From NCBI GenBank assembly GCA_963693365.1, contig CAVNZM010000003.1, positions 13,421,252 through 13,485,251 of the forward strand: a stretch of 64,000 nt of DNA, given 5' to 3'. Shown here piece by piece: positions 27,412 through 42,077 of this stretch. Source of the stretch: Amoebidium appalachense. Taxonomy: Eukaryota; Protista; Ichthyosporea. The position numbers and the translations under genes were made by a program. Position 1 is the stretch's first letter. Each line of letters starts with the position of its first letter. The notes below the pieces were generated by a model. The model was not told the DNA's origin, did no database searches, and saw nothing but the letters and a program-made list of their open reading frames with translations.

Positions 27412-28663
27412 ACAGCCCTATTGGCCCGTTCTCCCGAGCTCCGTTTCCCTGTACTCGTGTGTCCTAGCTCCTAACCCCTATGTTCTAGCTGTGTGTGTGG
27501 GTGTGCGCGTAGACTAGGCATTGTGCTTGCAGTCTTTGCGGGGGTGTGTGCCAGAGCAGAGCTAGATTTCAGGCCGAAGGGCAGTCTGGTTTCAACGTAA
27601 AAATGCCCCAGCCATTTGAATGCCATTAGGTGATGGTCTTCTGCCAGTGGTCGGATGGGCATGTGCCGGAAGGCAGCCTGCACATCTGCCACGGCCATGT
27701 AGCAGCCGGGGCCTGCGTCGAGAATGATCTGGGTGACGTCCCGGGCGCGAATGTACTGAAGTTCGTCGGGGTAGGTGATGCTGTCATTGACACTGCTACC
27801 CCGGGGCCAGGAGAGGTGGTGGATTCGACGGTACTTGGGGGGGTTCCCTTTCTTGGTAACAGCGCCGATGGGGGAGGAACGGTGGACCGGAAATTCGTCA
27901 AAGAATTGGGCCGGGGAGAGGGGGCCGCGCAGATGGCCGAGGGCGACCTCTTTGGCAATATCCGCCGTGATAGCGGAAGCTGCCTCCGGGGGTGGTGGGT
28001 AGGTTGGGGCCCACCCGAGAGGTGGAGGGGCCGCGATAGCCGATGTCGACACCGAATTCGACATCGTGGAGGAGTTGTGCGGCGAATGATTGGTCTGGGT
28101 AGGAGGCCAGCAGTTCCCGGAGGCGGGAGGTGTCAATGTGGTGCTGGGGCAGCGGGCGGGCCTCCGGGTCTGAGCCTCGGGGGAAGGGGGTGGTTAGCAA
28201 GGGTGGGGCACCCTCGGGGAGATCCCGGCAGCGGGGGGGGGGGGGGGGGGGGGGGGGGCAGCAGGGCCCCGGGGGGGTTAGAGTAGGGCAGCTGGGCCCG
28301 AGTGAGGGTTGGCAGGGAGGGCAGCGGGGCCCTGTGCAGGGGAATGTGCCCGAGCACGCGGGGGTGTGGGCGGACACAGAGGTAGAAGAAGGGGGGGAGG
28401 GAGTGCTAGGTGAGTGTAAGGGGGGGGGGGAGGCTCGTGGGATGGGGGGGAGTAAAGTTATGTGCAGTGGCCAGAATAAACGTCTTTGTGTAGGGACATT
28501 TATTCTTGACGCGCGCGGGCGCCGTAGTTGGCCTGCGAAAATTTTGTACTCAGCCCTATTGGCCCGTTCTCCCGAGCTCCGTTTCCCTGTACTCGTGTGT
28601 CCTAGCTCCTAACCCCTATGTTCTAGCTGTGTGACACTGTGTGGGTGTGCGCGTAGACTAGGC

Positions 28664-29222
28664 CTTGTTTTTTTATTTTATCCCGTTTCACTCCCGGCGA
28701 GGTCTTCCGCCTAGACACAGATCGTACTGTATAGCACACTCATAAGTCAGGATTCTAATTGACCCCAACTGGCACTATTTTTAGTTACGCCTTATCCCAC
28801 GGTTCTAGCCGCAGCAACGCTAGTGGGGAAATGAGCACAGCTCACTTTAACAACACCAGCCGGGAGCGACCCGGGACACATACACAAACATAAAGACTTG
28901 AAAGGGAAGACCCCATGCCCAGGACGCTGACCCGAACCGTGGCCGGTGACTCGGATTGGTCTCCCACTTGAACGTTGGGCCGGGATGCCCAAGCGGCGCG
29001 CCGTCGACGTCAGAGGGCCGGTGCTGTTCATGACGTCATGTCTTACGGCCGGGTGATAACAAATTGGTGGTGCTGCTTTGACGTGGTCTGGGGTGATGGC
29101 TTCTAGGGGGCGGCCAGACCGGTGGACCGTCGAGGCAGAAAAAAATCGGAAGTAACCAGGATCGATCCTGCGACTTTGAGCTTGACACGCAGAGATCTTA
29201 CCATTGCACCAACCCGCCCCCC
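28664..29222 (-). mobile_element. tRNA-derived SINE, second copy, inserted at the gag stop codon
   Basis: Reverse complement of 15333-15900 with short A tail; 11-bp TSD GTAGACTAGGC at 28653-28663 and 29224-29234. Confidence 0.9.
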
Positions 29223-29228
29223 TGTAGA

Positions 29229-30410
29229 CTAGGCATTGAGCTTGCAGTCTTTGCGGGGGTGTGTGCCAGAGCAGAGCGGGCACACGTGGGAGAAGGGGCA
29301 GGGCTGCTTAGCGCAGGACCGACCGTTAATGTGGAAATTCCTGCAGTGCGTCGCGGGTAGATCCACGGGTCGGGCCGGTTTGGCCGGGCCGGGTTGCGGG
29401 CCAGGGCGGTTAGGGGTTTGACCCCCGCCGGGCTTGTGGGGCGGTTTAAAGCCGTCAAGACCACAGCCGGGCTTGGGGTACATGGGGCAGGCCGCGCTGG
29501 GGTGGTCGGGGAAGCCACAGCGCTGACATGCGTCCGGGATGAGCAGAGTGGGTGGCAGGAGGAGATCCTGGTGGAGTTGGGCGAGCAGGTTGGGACACTC
29601 GATCGGGGCCCGACCCTGCTGGTGGGCAACGGTTCGGGCGTATACGTCATAGTTGTGGATCTGGGCCCACGGGTATCGGGTGCTGAGGCGAGTGATGTGC
29701 TGAGTCCAAAGTACGTCTTTGTCCGTGGGGAGGCCGAGGTGGTGCTTGGCGGCCATGTAATGGGTCCAAGCTTGGATCCAAATGACGAGTGAACGCAGGG
29801 GAACGGGTTTGTCTTGGCGAAAAGTCTCGATGCTGCCGTCGTCGGCCATGCGCAGATGCTGACCTTTCTTGGATGGGGCCAGGAGGGCGGCGGGGGTGAA
29901 CTTATACAGGTCGACGAAACGATTGGCGCGCAAATCTGCCAGCACATCCGCGGGGGGAAGTGGGGAGTGTGCCCGGCTGAATGTCGCCAGTGTTCTCACC
30001 TGTGATGGGGGGCGCGGGCAGGGCAGGTAGGTCTAGGTCAGGGCCGAGATGCAGCCCCGGGGAAACCTCCCCGGGTGCGGAGGGCGCGGCGGGGGGCGCG
30101 GGAGGGTCGCGGTTGGTGAGAGCAGCCAGGACGTGACGCCAGCCATCTGGGTGCTGATGGCGGTGAGGGCGGCAAGGACGGCGTCTTGAGAAGTCATCTG
30201 CGGGGACGGCGGGGCCTGAGGGGGGATTTCAGGAGGGGAGGGGAGACTAGCCGGCGGGTCCGGGTCCGTGGTGGTATGGGCCGCTGGAGGCGCGTCAGTG
30301 TCCGCGGGAGCGTTGGTCAGCCTGTGCCAGTGGCGGAGGTCGCTGCGGGTCAGGCGCTTGGGTGCCGCGGCAGGGGCGGTGGCTGAGGCCTGGCGCTTTT
30401 TCGGCGGCAT
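29229..30410 (-). pseudogene. YR retrotransposon gag (frameshifted)
   Basis: MPPKKRQ start; C-terminal CQRCGFPDH and CRNFH...CPFSHVCPLC...H zinc fingers. Confidence 0.88.
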
Positions 30411-30781
30411 GCTGACCGGCGGACGGAAAGATAGGGAGAGTGAATGAAAAAGAAAATATAGCTGTAAAGCTGTAGGTGCTAAACACAGAAGATGTGTTGT
30501 TGCTTGCTGATCTGCTAAAAACTGTCGTGCTTATATACCTACGGCTACCGAACTGAGCCAATCAAAACCGATCTAGTGTTATGTGAAATCTTATCCTGAG
30601 CCAATCAAACTCGGTCTAGTGATCTGTGGAATCTGATGTTTTGATCGGCTAATAGGTGCCCGTATGCGGGCAGCCGAACGCGAACTGCTAAAACATGAAA
30701 CGAAGCCTGTAGATATCGGACACCCATCCTACGTATTTACCCAGAAAAATATTTATGTCAATAATTTCCACAAATAAAACC

Positions 30782-32840
30782 TATACTGTACTTTGCATGC
30801 ATTCGTTCCCATTATCAATTTATTGGCAATGTATTTGGATAATATAGTGTGATATTTATAATATATATGTAATGCATTATCAACACTTATATCTTTATGG
30901 TGGTGGTATCATTCGTATGTTGGCAATATATCTTGATATGGAACATACTTACATACTTCTTATTTGTAATGTGTTGGGAGTGTATTAATCATACCTCTGT
31001 TTATGTCATCAATATACTCACGATATATAAGCAACCTATCGGCGATACCGCATTTATATATTGATTATAGTTGGATATATGTTGGCAATACATTGTTTAT
31101 ATGTTTCTTGATATTTAAATCTTAGTATTTCTATGAATTACATATTGGCAATACATTAATAATGCGTTCATAGTGCAACTACAATGCGAAAATACAGTAT
31201 TATCCATATCATTATCTGTATTTTTGATATTATTTGGTTGTTATTGTAATATCGCCCGGGTATAATTGATATTGGCAATACGTCTATAATGCTAGCGCAA
31301 TAGTAATGCATTGGCAATGTAATGGCACTCTAATGTATTGGCGATATTGATGTAACATATACTAGATAATATATTCATATCATCGGGATATCGACAATAG
31401 AGGGTATTGGTACTGTATTACCATTGACAATACCAAAGCAATATTATTGCAATATGGCGTTCCTATTGGCGGCAAGGGGTTCTATTGCCAATATCGCCAA
31501 TAGCGCCAATAGCAAAAAATACGTTGGCAATACTTCCGGGAAGTTTGCTGATGTCGGCATGTATTGGATATTAGACAGATGCCCACAATGGATATCGACG
31601 CTGGATATCCAATGATGGAATTTCAACTGCATTCCTCCGTTGGATAGCTATATGGATATGTAACATTCTGGATATCCATTTGGATGCTTAGCTGTATATT
31701 AGACTGGATCAGTAACAACATATCCAATACATGACTGACATGGATATCCGATCAATATCCCCATACAGATATCAAGATATCCCTGTAGCAAGACATGCAA
31801 TACACCTAACAAGTATATCCAATGGCGGTCTATAGTGGATGTCCATATTGGATATCCATTGATATATCCAGATGGATCGCTAATACATGTGCACTTGACC
31901 CCAACGCTAATGAACAATGCATGCCCATATTGGATACGTTCAATGGATATCCATTCCGATATCCAGATACATACGCATTTGCTTGTCCACTAGACCCTCC
32001 TATAATAACCAAAGCATGACGATTCCACATATCCAATTAGATCACCAAATATGGCTCTGACGGTTATCCATATACACCCGCACGCTGATGTCCAATAGAC
32101 AATCATACTAAGACACAATGGATAGCTATACTGGTTATCTAGGCTCAACATCCATACAGATATCTTGATACACCTGCATTTGCCCATCCACTAGACCCTA
32201 ATACTAATATCCAATGCATGACGAAAATACATATCACAATAGACCCCCATACCGATCTCCAACGGCTATCCATATGCACCCCTGCTTACCCATCCAATAT
32301 ATGTCGATATTCATATACAATGCATCACCATTCACAATATCTAAGCTTAATATCCAACATGATATGCGGATACATATACACGTACATATGCACTCGGCAC
32401 CTATGTTGATACCTAATGCATGAAAAACAAACATATCAAAGTAGATGCCCAACCTAATGCCTAACACTTAACAAACATACATGTTTTGGGATATCCATTT
32501 ACACCCGTATCTAATACTCAAAATATCACTATAACAGCTATTGGTTGATACCCATACAGATAGCCAGATACATCTGTAGCTACATGTCTAGGGTATATCC
32601 ACTGGATTAATTGCATAATTTTGGTACTGTATATCTGCAGCATATCTATTAGGTGTATTTGATATGTAATAAGGCATTTCAGGATAAACATTACACATCT
32701 TTACCGATCCATCGCATGACCATATGATGGCTAATGACCACCATTGATAAATAAATTATGTCTGTCTTATATCTATCACATAAGTAATACTTATCCACGG
32801 CACAAAGTTACACAACCACGTTATACTCGGTTCCACAAAT
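30782..32840. repeat. AT-rich segment with dispersed ATTGCCAATA / GGATATCC motifs (transposon subterminal-like)
   Basis: Same motif families as 12957-14600, 21200-21636, 55110-55228 and 60359-60916. Confidence 0.55.
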
Positions 32841-32925
32841 CAAGGGGAAGAAATAGATAAAAAGAGGAAGAAAAAAAAAGAAAAAATATAGTTAAACTTT
32901 AGTGACAAACACACACACACATGAG

Positions 32926-32986
<61 letters not shown>

Positions 32987-33000
32987 AGGCACATACACAC

Positions 33001-33122
<122 letters not shown>

Positions 33123-33156
33123 GGGGGGGGGGGGGTAACATTAAAAAAAAAGTAAC

Positions 33157-33389
33157 CTTGCATGATAACGTCGTCCTCGGTGTCCCTGAGGTTGTCTTCT
33201 TCTCCATCATCCGTCTGAGGGAATGGGATCCCTACATCCCTCCCCCTCCACCGCCTCCAACAGCTCCTCCAAAGAAACATCGGGGGCCTCGTCTTCCACA
33301 ATTAAATTGGCCCCCCTCTCCTCCTCCAGACCCATGACGATGGTCCTACGCAAATCCAGGGCATCCCAACGCCGTACCTTGGTTGCTAC
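33157..33389 (-). pseudogene. Plavaka-type transposase, downstream exon
   Basis: TTTCTCAG acceptor; reads VATKVRRWDALDL..., phase-0 continuation of ...RTFMLQ from exon 40414-40618; GT donor at 33156. Confidence 0.6.
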
Positions 33390-34098
33390 CTGAGAAAGCA
33401 GAAAGCAACAGTCTATGAAAAACTACTTCGGGACGTGTGTTGCCTCTAGGGGGACATCCCCTTGGACGAAAGTGAACCTGCAATGGTTGTAAACCACGGC
33501 AAGCCCCCAGTCATCAATTTATTGATCCGTGAGGTCCATGTGCCCAAAAAACGGGGGAAGTCTTCGCCCCGTGAAAAAACAGCACGTATGTGTGGATCAA
33601 TGGGGGTTGTGTGTGGGTGTAGGTGGGTGGGTGAAAAGGAATATATAGCTGTAAGGCTGTGGATGCTAAACACAGAAGATGTGTTTGTAGCTTGCTGATC
33701 TGCTAAAAACTGTCGTGCTTATATACCTAAGCCTACCGATCTGAGCCAATCAAAAATCGATCTAGTGATATGTGAAATCTGATCCGAGCCAATCATAACT
33801 CGGTCTAGTGATCTGTGGTATCTGATGTTTTGACTGGCTAATAAGTGCCCGTGTGCGGGCAGCCAACCGCTAACTGCTAAAACACGAAATGAAGCCTACA
33901 TGGTTATGTTGGTATCGAACACCCATCCTACGTGTTTACCCAGAAAAATATTTATGTCAATAATTTCCACAAATAAAACCTCTATGAAAAACTACTTCGG
34001 GACGTGTGTTGCCTCTAGGGGGACATCCCCTTGGACGAAAGTGAACCTGCAATGGTTGTAAACCACGGCACGAGAGCAGTATGCTTGCTCCAAAGGTT

Positions 34099-35158
34099 TC
34101 ACTTAAGAATAGAGGCGAATACACGTGTGGTGGTGGCAGCAATGGAGGCCGGACGAAGTCGGGTATAGATCAGGAAGCAGTCGGAGGACCACCGGCCGAG
34201 TTGTTTGATCCGGGAGTCGTCGACCCCGGCCTCAGCCAGTGCTGTGGCCCCCCCGATGCGGAGGCTGTGTCCGGCAAACCGGGAGGGTGAGAGGCCTGCC
34301 CGGGAGAGGAGGGCACGGAAATCGGCAGAGAAAGCACTCTGGTGTAGGGGATGCCACCGAGACTGAAGAGGGGGTCGTCGGGTTGACCGGACGTTGTATC
34401 CAGGAACTGCCGGAGGAGATGGGCTGGGGAGAAGTGGGTGAGGGGCAGGGCAGCTAGGGTGACGTTGACACCTCGGGCCTGTACATCCGTCTTAGAGGTT
34501 GGCAGGTGGAGGGTGGCATGGGACAAAGTACCGGTGGGGGTGTAGCTGAAGGTCACGTCCTTCCGTTTAACGTGACGGGACGGGTCGAAAGAAGTCAGGG
34601 TCTTGGAGGTAAATTCCCCTGAACGGAGGAGACCACAGAAACCGACGATGAGGGCCGTCCATAGCCGGAGATTGGCCGAGGAGGCCTTGGTGGGGCACTG
34701 GCCATGGAGTAGGCGGAGGTGGGAGGGGAGGAGGGGTTCCCTGGTGGATGAGCGGGGTCGGATGTTGTGAGAAAGCTGCCATCGGCCTACCCCCCGTAGG
34801 AACCAGGCCAGAGACTTGTCGTGGGGGTAGGGAGCAGGGAGGCCCATGTCGAGGTGGAGCTTGGTGATGGCCGAATTGTAGCCGGTTAAGGAAGAGGCCT
34901 GTACCCCTCGTTGGGCACACCAGGCGAGAAAAAGTTGCACGGTGTGTGGGGAGGCCGGGAGGGAGGACCCGGAGGAGGATTGCAGCCGAGATGCCACACA
35001 GAAATCGATGAACACTTTTTGCACCCGGAAGTAAAAGGCCCGAGAGTCGAGGTTGAGACTCAGGGCCTGGCATTCCTGCAGGGTAGTGGTGGCTCGAAGC
35101 AGCTCGGCCGGAGCAAAGTGGGGGGCCAATCTGCCAGTGTTGCTCCGGAACGGGAGAT
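34099..35158 (-). pseudogene. Tyrosine recombinase (1-bp deletion near 34340)
   Basis: Same protein as 22324-23384; CACTCTGG instead of CACTCTTGG. Confidence 0.88.
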
Positions 35159-35183
35159 CTGGGGGGGGGGGGGGGGGGGGGGG

Positions 35184-36866
35184 TTAGCCCAAGGGAAGGG
35201 ATAGGAACTCGTGGACCCAGGAGGGGAAAGGGCAGGGCTCCGGTTGCAGGGAAGGTCGGAGTCGTCGGGCCCGGGGAAGTTGGTTACGAGAAATGGCATC
35301 GGCCAGATGGTTGAGGGGTCCTGGTAGGTAGGATGCCTGTAACGTAAATTGGTATTGCATTTCCATGCGGGTGATGAACCGAATAAGTTTGGCCATCACG
35401 GGGTGGGGGGAAGACCGGGAGTGCAGGTCAGCCACAGCACCCGTGTTGTCGCATAAAATACGGACATGGTGGGTGGACCAGGAGGGGGCCCAGAGGGCCA
35501 CGGCGGCTGCGATGGCCAGGAGTTCGATGACGGAAGAACCGAGTTTACCCTCATGAGCATAGAGGGCTTGGGTGGAGGGGGACCAGGGCATGAAGAACCA
35601 TTGGTCGAGCCAGTGGCCACCTAGACCCACCGATCCGGCAGCATCAGTGGCCAGGGTGGTGTATGTGGGGGGTGTGATGAGGTGCACCCCATTCCATGAT
35701 GTGAGGAACTGGTGCCATTCGGCTATGTCGGCCCGGGCGGCAGCAGTCAGTCGTATGTGGTGGTGGCCGGCAAGGTGTGGGTGGGTCCGGAGAAGGGCCC
35801 ATAGGCGCTGGGAGAAGGCCCTCCCGGGGGGAACCAGCTGGGCACACCAGGTGAGTTTGCCGAGGAGGGACTGGAGGTCCCGAATGGTGATGATGGGCTT
35901 TGGGTGGGAAGTGAGGTCGAGTAGGTCCGAGAGCTTGGAAGCCGGGATTCGTGCCTCCATGGCGATGGAGTCGAATTCGATACCGATGAAGACGACACGG
36001 GTAGCCGGGCCCTGCATCTTGTCTTCGGAGATGGCAATGTGCAGCTCTCGGCAGAGTTGCAGGAAGGTGGATAGGTGACGTTGGCACTGCTGTTGTGTGG
36101 GGGCGACTATAATCCAGTCGTCTACGTAGTGGCGGATGAGGGTAATACCGTGCTGGTGTGCCAGCCACTGTAGGGTGGCCGCGATCCGTTCCCAGATGGC
36201 TGGGCTAGATTTCAGGCCGAAGGGCAGTCTGGTTTCAACGTAAAAATGCCCTTGCCATTTGAATGCCATTAAGTGGTGGTCTTCCGGTCGGATGGGCATG
36301 TGCCGGAAGGCAGCCTGCACATCTGCCACGGCCATGTAGCAGCCGGGGCCTGCGTCGAGAATGAGTTGGGTGACATCCCGGGCGCGAATGTACTGAAGTT
36401 CGTCGGGGTAGGTGATGCTGTCATTGACACTGCTACCCCGGGGCCAGGAGAGGTGGTGGATTCGACGGTACTTGGGGGGGTTCCCTTTCTTGGTAACGGC
36501 GCCGATGGGGGAGGAACGGTGGACGGGAAATTCGTCAAAGAATTGGGCCGGGGAGAGGGGGCCGCGCAGGTGGCCGAGGGCGACTTCTTTGGCAATATCC
36601 ACCGTGATAGCGGCAGCTGCCTCCGGGGTGGTGGGTAGGTTGGGGCCCACCCGAGAGGTGGAGGGGCCGCGATAGCCGATGTCGATGCCGAATTCGACAT
36701 CGTGGAGGAGTTGTGCGGCGAATGGTTGGTCCGGGTAGGAGGCCAGCAGTTCCCGGAGGCGGGAGGTGTCAATGTGGTGCTGGGGCAGCGGGCGGGCCTC
36801 CGGGTCTGAGCCTCGGGGGAAGGGGTGGTTAGCAAGGGTGGTGTACCCTTGGGGAGATCCCGGCAG

Positions 36867-36867
<1 letters not shown>
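35184..36867 (-). CDS. RT-RNase H of YR retrotransposon
   Basis: Open frame with YVDD and RNase H D-E-D-D motifs; true 5' end uncertain (poly-C, no upstream ATG). Confidence 0.92.
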
Positions 36868-36914
<47 letters not shown>

Positions 36915-37305
36915 CAGGGCCCCGGGGGGTTAGAGTAGGGCAGCTGGGCCCAAGTGAGGGTTGGCAGGGAGGGCAGCGGGGCCCTGTGCAGGGGAATGTG
37001 CCCGAGCACGCGGGGGTGTGGGCGGACACAGCGGTAGAAGAAGGGGGGGGGGAGGGAGTGCTAGGTGAGTGTAAGGGGGGGAGGCTCGTGGGATGGGGGG
37101 GGGGGAGTAAAATTATGTGCAGTGGCCAGAATAAACGTCTTTGTATAGGGACATTTATTCTTGATGCGCGCGGGCGCCGTAGTTGGCCTGCGAAATTTTG
37201 TACTCAGCCCTATTGGCCCGTTCTCCCGAGCTCCGTTTCCCTGTACTCGTGTGTCCTAGCTCCTAACCCCTATGTTCTAGCTGTGTGTGTGGGTGTGCGC
37301 GTAGA

Positions 37306-38475
37306 CTAGGCATTGTGCTTGCAGTCTTTGCGGGGGTGTGTGCCAGAGCAGAGCGGGCACACGTGGGAGAAGGGGCAGGGCTGCTTAGCGCAGGACCGAC
37401 CGTTAATGTGGAAATTCCTGCAGTGCGTCGCGGGTAGATCCACGGGTCGGGCCGGTTTTGCCGGGCCGGGTTGCGGGCCAGGGCGGTTAGGGGTGTGACC
37501 CCCGCCGGGCTTGTGGGGCGGCTTAAAGCCGTCAAGACCACAGCCGGGCTTGGGGTACATGGGGCAGGCCGCGCTGGGGTGGTCGGGGAAGCCACAGCGC
37601 TGACATGCGTCCTGGATGAGCAGAGTGGGTGGCAGGAGGAGATCCTGGTGGAGTTGGGCGAGCAGGTTGGGGCACTCGATCGGAGCCCGACCCTGCTGGT
37701 GGGCCACGGTGCGGGCGTATACGTCATAGTTGTGGATCTGGGCCCACGGGTATCGGGTGCTGAGGCGAGTGATGTGCTGAGTCCAAAGTACGTCTTTGTC
37801 CGTGGGAAGGCCGAGGTGGTGCTTGGCGGCCATGTAATGGGTCCAAGCTTGGATCCAAATGACGAGTGAACGCAGGGGAACGGGTTTGTCTTGGCGAAAA
37901 GTCTCGATGCTGCCGTCGTCGGCCATGCGCAGATGCTGACCTTTCTTGGATGGGGCCAGGAGGGCGGCGGGGGTGAACTTATACAGGTCGACGAAACGAT
38001 TGGCGCGCAAATCTGCCAGCACATCCGCGGGGGGAAGCGGGAGTGTGCCCGGCTGAATGTCGCCAGTGTTCTCACCTGTGATGGGGGGCGCGGGCAGGGC
38101 AGGCAGGTCAAGGTCAGGGCCGAGATGCAGCCCCGGGGAAACCTCCCCGGGTGTGGAGGGCGCGGCGGGGGGCGCGGGAGGGTCGCGGTTGGTGAGAGCA
38201 GCCAGGACGCCAGCCATCTGGGTGCTGATGGCGCTGAGGGCGGCCAGGACGGCGTCTTGAGAAGTCATCTGCGGGGACGGCGGGGCCTGAGGGGGGACTT
38301 CAGGAGTGGAGGGGAGAGTAGCCGGCGGGTCCGGGTCCGTGGTGGTATGGGCCGCTGGAGGCGCGTCAGTGTCCGCGGGAGCGTTGGTCAGCCTGTGGCG
38401 GAAGTCGCTGCGGGTCAGGCGCTTAGGTGCCGCGGCAGGGGCGGCGGCTGAGGCCTGGCGCTTTTTCGGCGGCAT
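37306..38475 (-). CDS. Gag-like ORF1 with C-terminal zinc fingers
   Basis: ATG MPPKKRQ; CCHC/CCCH-like fingers; conserved in 4 copies. Confidence 0.9.
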   Translation of the reverse strand: MPPKKRQASAAAPAAAPKRLTRSDFRHRLTNAPADTDAPPAAHTTTDPDPPATLPSTPEVPPQAPPSPQMTSQDAVLAALSAISTQMAGVLAALTNRDPPAPPAAPSTPGEVSPGLHLGPDLDLPALPAPPITGENTGDIQPGTLPLPPADVLADLRANRFVDLYKFTPAALLAPSKKGQHLRMADDGSIETFRQDKPVPLRSLVIWIQAWTHYMAAKHHLGLPTDKDVLWTQHITRLSTRYPWAQIHNYDVYARTVAHQQGRAPIECPNLLAQLHQDLLLPPTLLIQDACQRCGFPDHPSAACPMYPKPGCGLDGFKPPHKPGGGHTPNRPGPQPGPAKPARPVDLPATHCRNFHINGRSCAKQPCPFSHVCPLCSGTHPRKDCKHNA

Positions 38476-38939
38476 GCTGACCGGCGTAGGGAAAGATAGG
38501 GAGAATGAAAAGGAAATTGAAAAGGAATATATAGCTGTAAGGCTGTGGATGCTAAACACAGAAGATGTGTTTGTAGCTTGCTGATCTGCTAAAAACTGTC
38601 GTGCTTATATACCTAAGCCTACCGATCTGAGCCAATCAAAAATCGATCTAGTGATATGTGAAATCTGATCCGAGCCAATCATAACTCGGTCTAGTGATCT
38701 GTGGTATCTGATGTTTTGACTGGCTAATAAGTGCCCGTGTGCGGGCAGCCAACCGCTAACTGCTAAAACACGAAATGAAGCCTACATGGTTATGTTGGTA
38801 TCGAACACCCATCCTACGTGTTTACCCAGAAAAATATTTATGTCAATAATTTCCACAAATAAAACCAACGTGTGCGAGAATGTGGGACCTATACACACAG
38901 TACATACACACAACGCCTGAGGGGACTAAAAAGGATTCA

Positions 38940-40410
<1,471 letters not shown>

Positions 40411-40413
40411 TAC

Positions 40414-40618
40414 CTGCAACATGAACGTACGGTTCTTGTTTGTCATACGATATGGTAGCTTGCAGTAATGCTTGTGTGCCCGTTCATAGCCCTCAACTGT
40501 CTCTACAGGACCAAAAAGGCGGGTATCGTCGCTGCAATGGTCCCCGGCATGGAATTTGCTTGACTTGAGGTCGTTCTCAGATGAACAATGAAAGCAGTCG
40601 TACGCAGACTTGGCCATA
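40414..40618 (-). pseudogene. Plavaka-type transposase exon
   Basis: poly-C..CAG acceptor and GT donor; KFHAGDH..RLFGP..E..ERAH...KLPYRMTNK resembles the KxH...HY..I..FG...E..H....K..YR.TNK C-terminal region of Plavaka transposases. Confidence 0.75.
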
Positions 40619-40621
40619 CTG

Positions 40622-40656
<35 letters not shown>

Positions 40657-40932
40657 GGGGGGGGGGGGGGGGGTTGGTGTCAACCGTGGCACTGGATATC
40701 GATTTGAGCATACTCTATACGGGTAATTGTTCCCAAAACCATATGCATTGTAGCTCTAATTGTACATTAGGATGATTGATCTCCTTTGTATATCCTGTTG
40801 GTTATGTAGTGTATGTACGTTGGACATGTAAGGATATTTATATAGATATCACACGTGATCACCATTGGCCATCGAATCTATGTCCATTTGATTCTGTGTT
40901 CCTGCAGCTGGCAATGTGTGTGCCTCTCGCGC

Positions 40933-41072
<140 letters not shown>

Positions 41073-41142
41073 GAATGTTTGTGTGTGTGTGTATGTGTGT
41101 GTGTGTGTGTATGTGTGTGTGTGTGTTCTTTGTGTGTGTGCC

Positions 41143-41201
<59 letters not shown>

Positions 41202-41202
41202 C

Positions 41203-41236
<34 letters not shown>

Positions 41237-41394
41237 AGAATGTTTGTGTGTTTGTGTGTGTGTGTTTGTTGGTGGGGGGGGAGGGGGGGGGGAGGGTTGG
41301 GGGGAGGGGGGGGGGGGGGAGGAAAAGGGGAAGGGTGAGGGGGGGGGGGACCACCTTCATAATATCTGTCGTTCGCACCCCCCCCCCCCCCCCC

Positions 41395-41518
<124 letters not shown>

Positions 41519-41855
41519 AGTGGGTGGGTGGGTGGGCTGGTGTGGGTGTGACTGTGGGTGTGGGCCGTGTGTCGTCACACACGTCAGGTGGGTGTCACAG
41601 AGTTGTGCTTGTGTTAGGGTTTGTATTTCCCCATCAAGCCCCCCTGCATTTCCACCCGGCGGGTGCGTTTTTCCTTATATATCCACTCATGTGGCTAGGT
41701 GCATTTTTGTTGCCACCCACGAACCAATGGCCTGGGAGCATCCATCTTTTGGGAATAGCAGCATATAGGTACTAGGGAGGTGTGGGCCAAGTTACAGGGC
41801 TGCAGCCAAAATACCAAAAAAAAAATCGTGTGTGTGTGTTCTTCGTGTGTGTGCC

Positions 41856-41903
<48 letters not shown>

Positions 41904-41907
41904 CTCG

Positions 41908-41945
<38 letters not shown>

Positions 41946-41982
41946 AGAATGTTTGTGTGTTTGTGTGTGTGTGTTTGTTGGT

Positions 41983-42014
<32 letters not shown>

Positions 42015-42077
42015 GGGGGGGGGGGGGGGGGGGAGGAAAAGGGGAAGGGTGAGGGGGGGGGGGGGGGGGGGGACCAC

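Larger units (their letters stand above)
21637..30781 (-). mobile_element. Rearranged YR retrotransposon complex (3' end at 21637, 5' end at 30781, inverted internal copy 23501-27305)
   Basis: TCTATG and AAAACC termini as in the intact copy; minus YR, plus RT/RH+YR, minus RT fragment and gag. Confidence 0.9.
33412..38866 (-). mobile_element. Full-length YR retrotransposon with split direct repeats (Ngaro/PAT architecture)
   Basis: A1 38518-38866, gag, RT/RH, YR, B1 33981-34070, A2 33632-33980, spacer, B2 33412-33501; no TSD; no methyltransferase domain seen. Confidence 0.95.
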
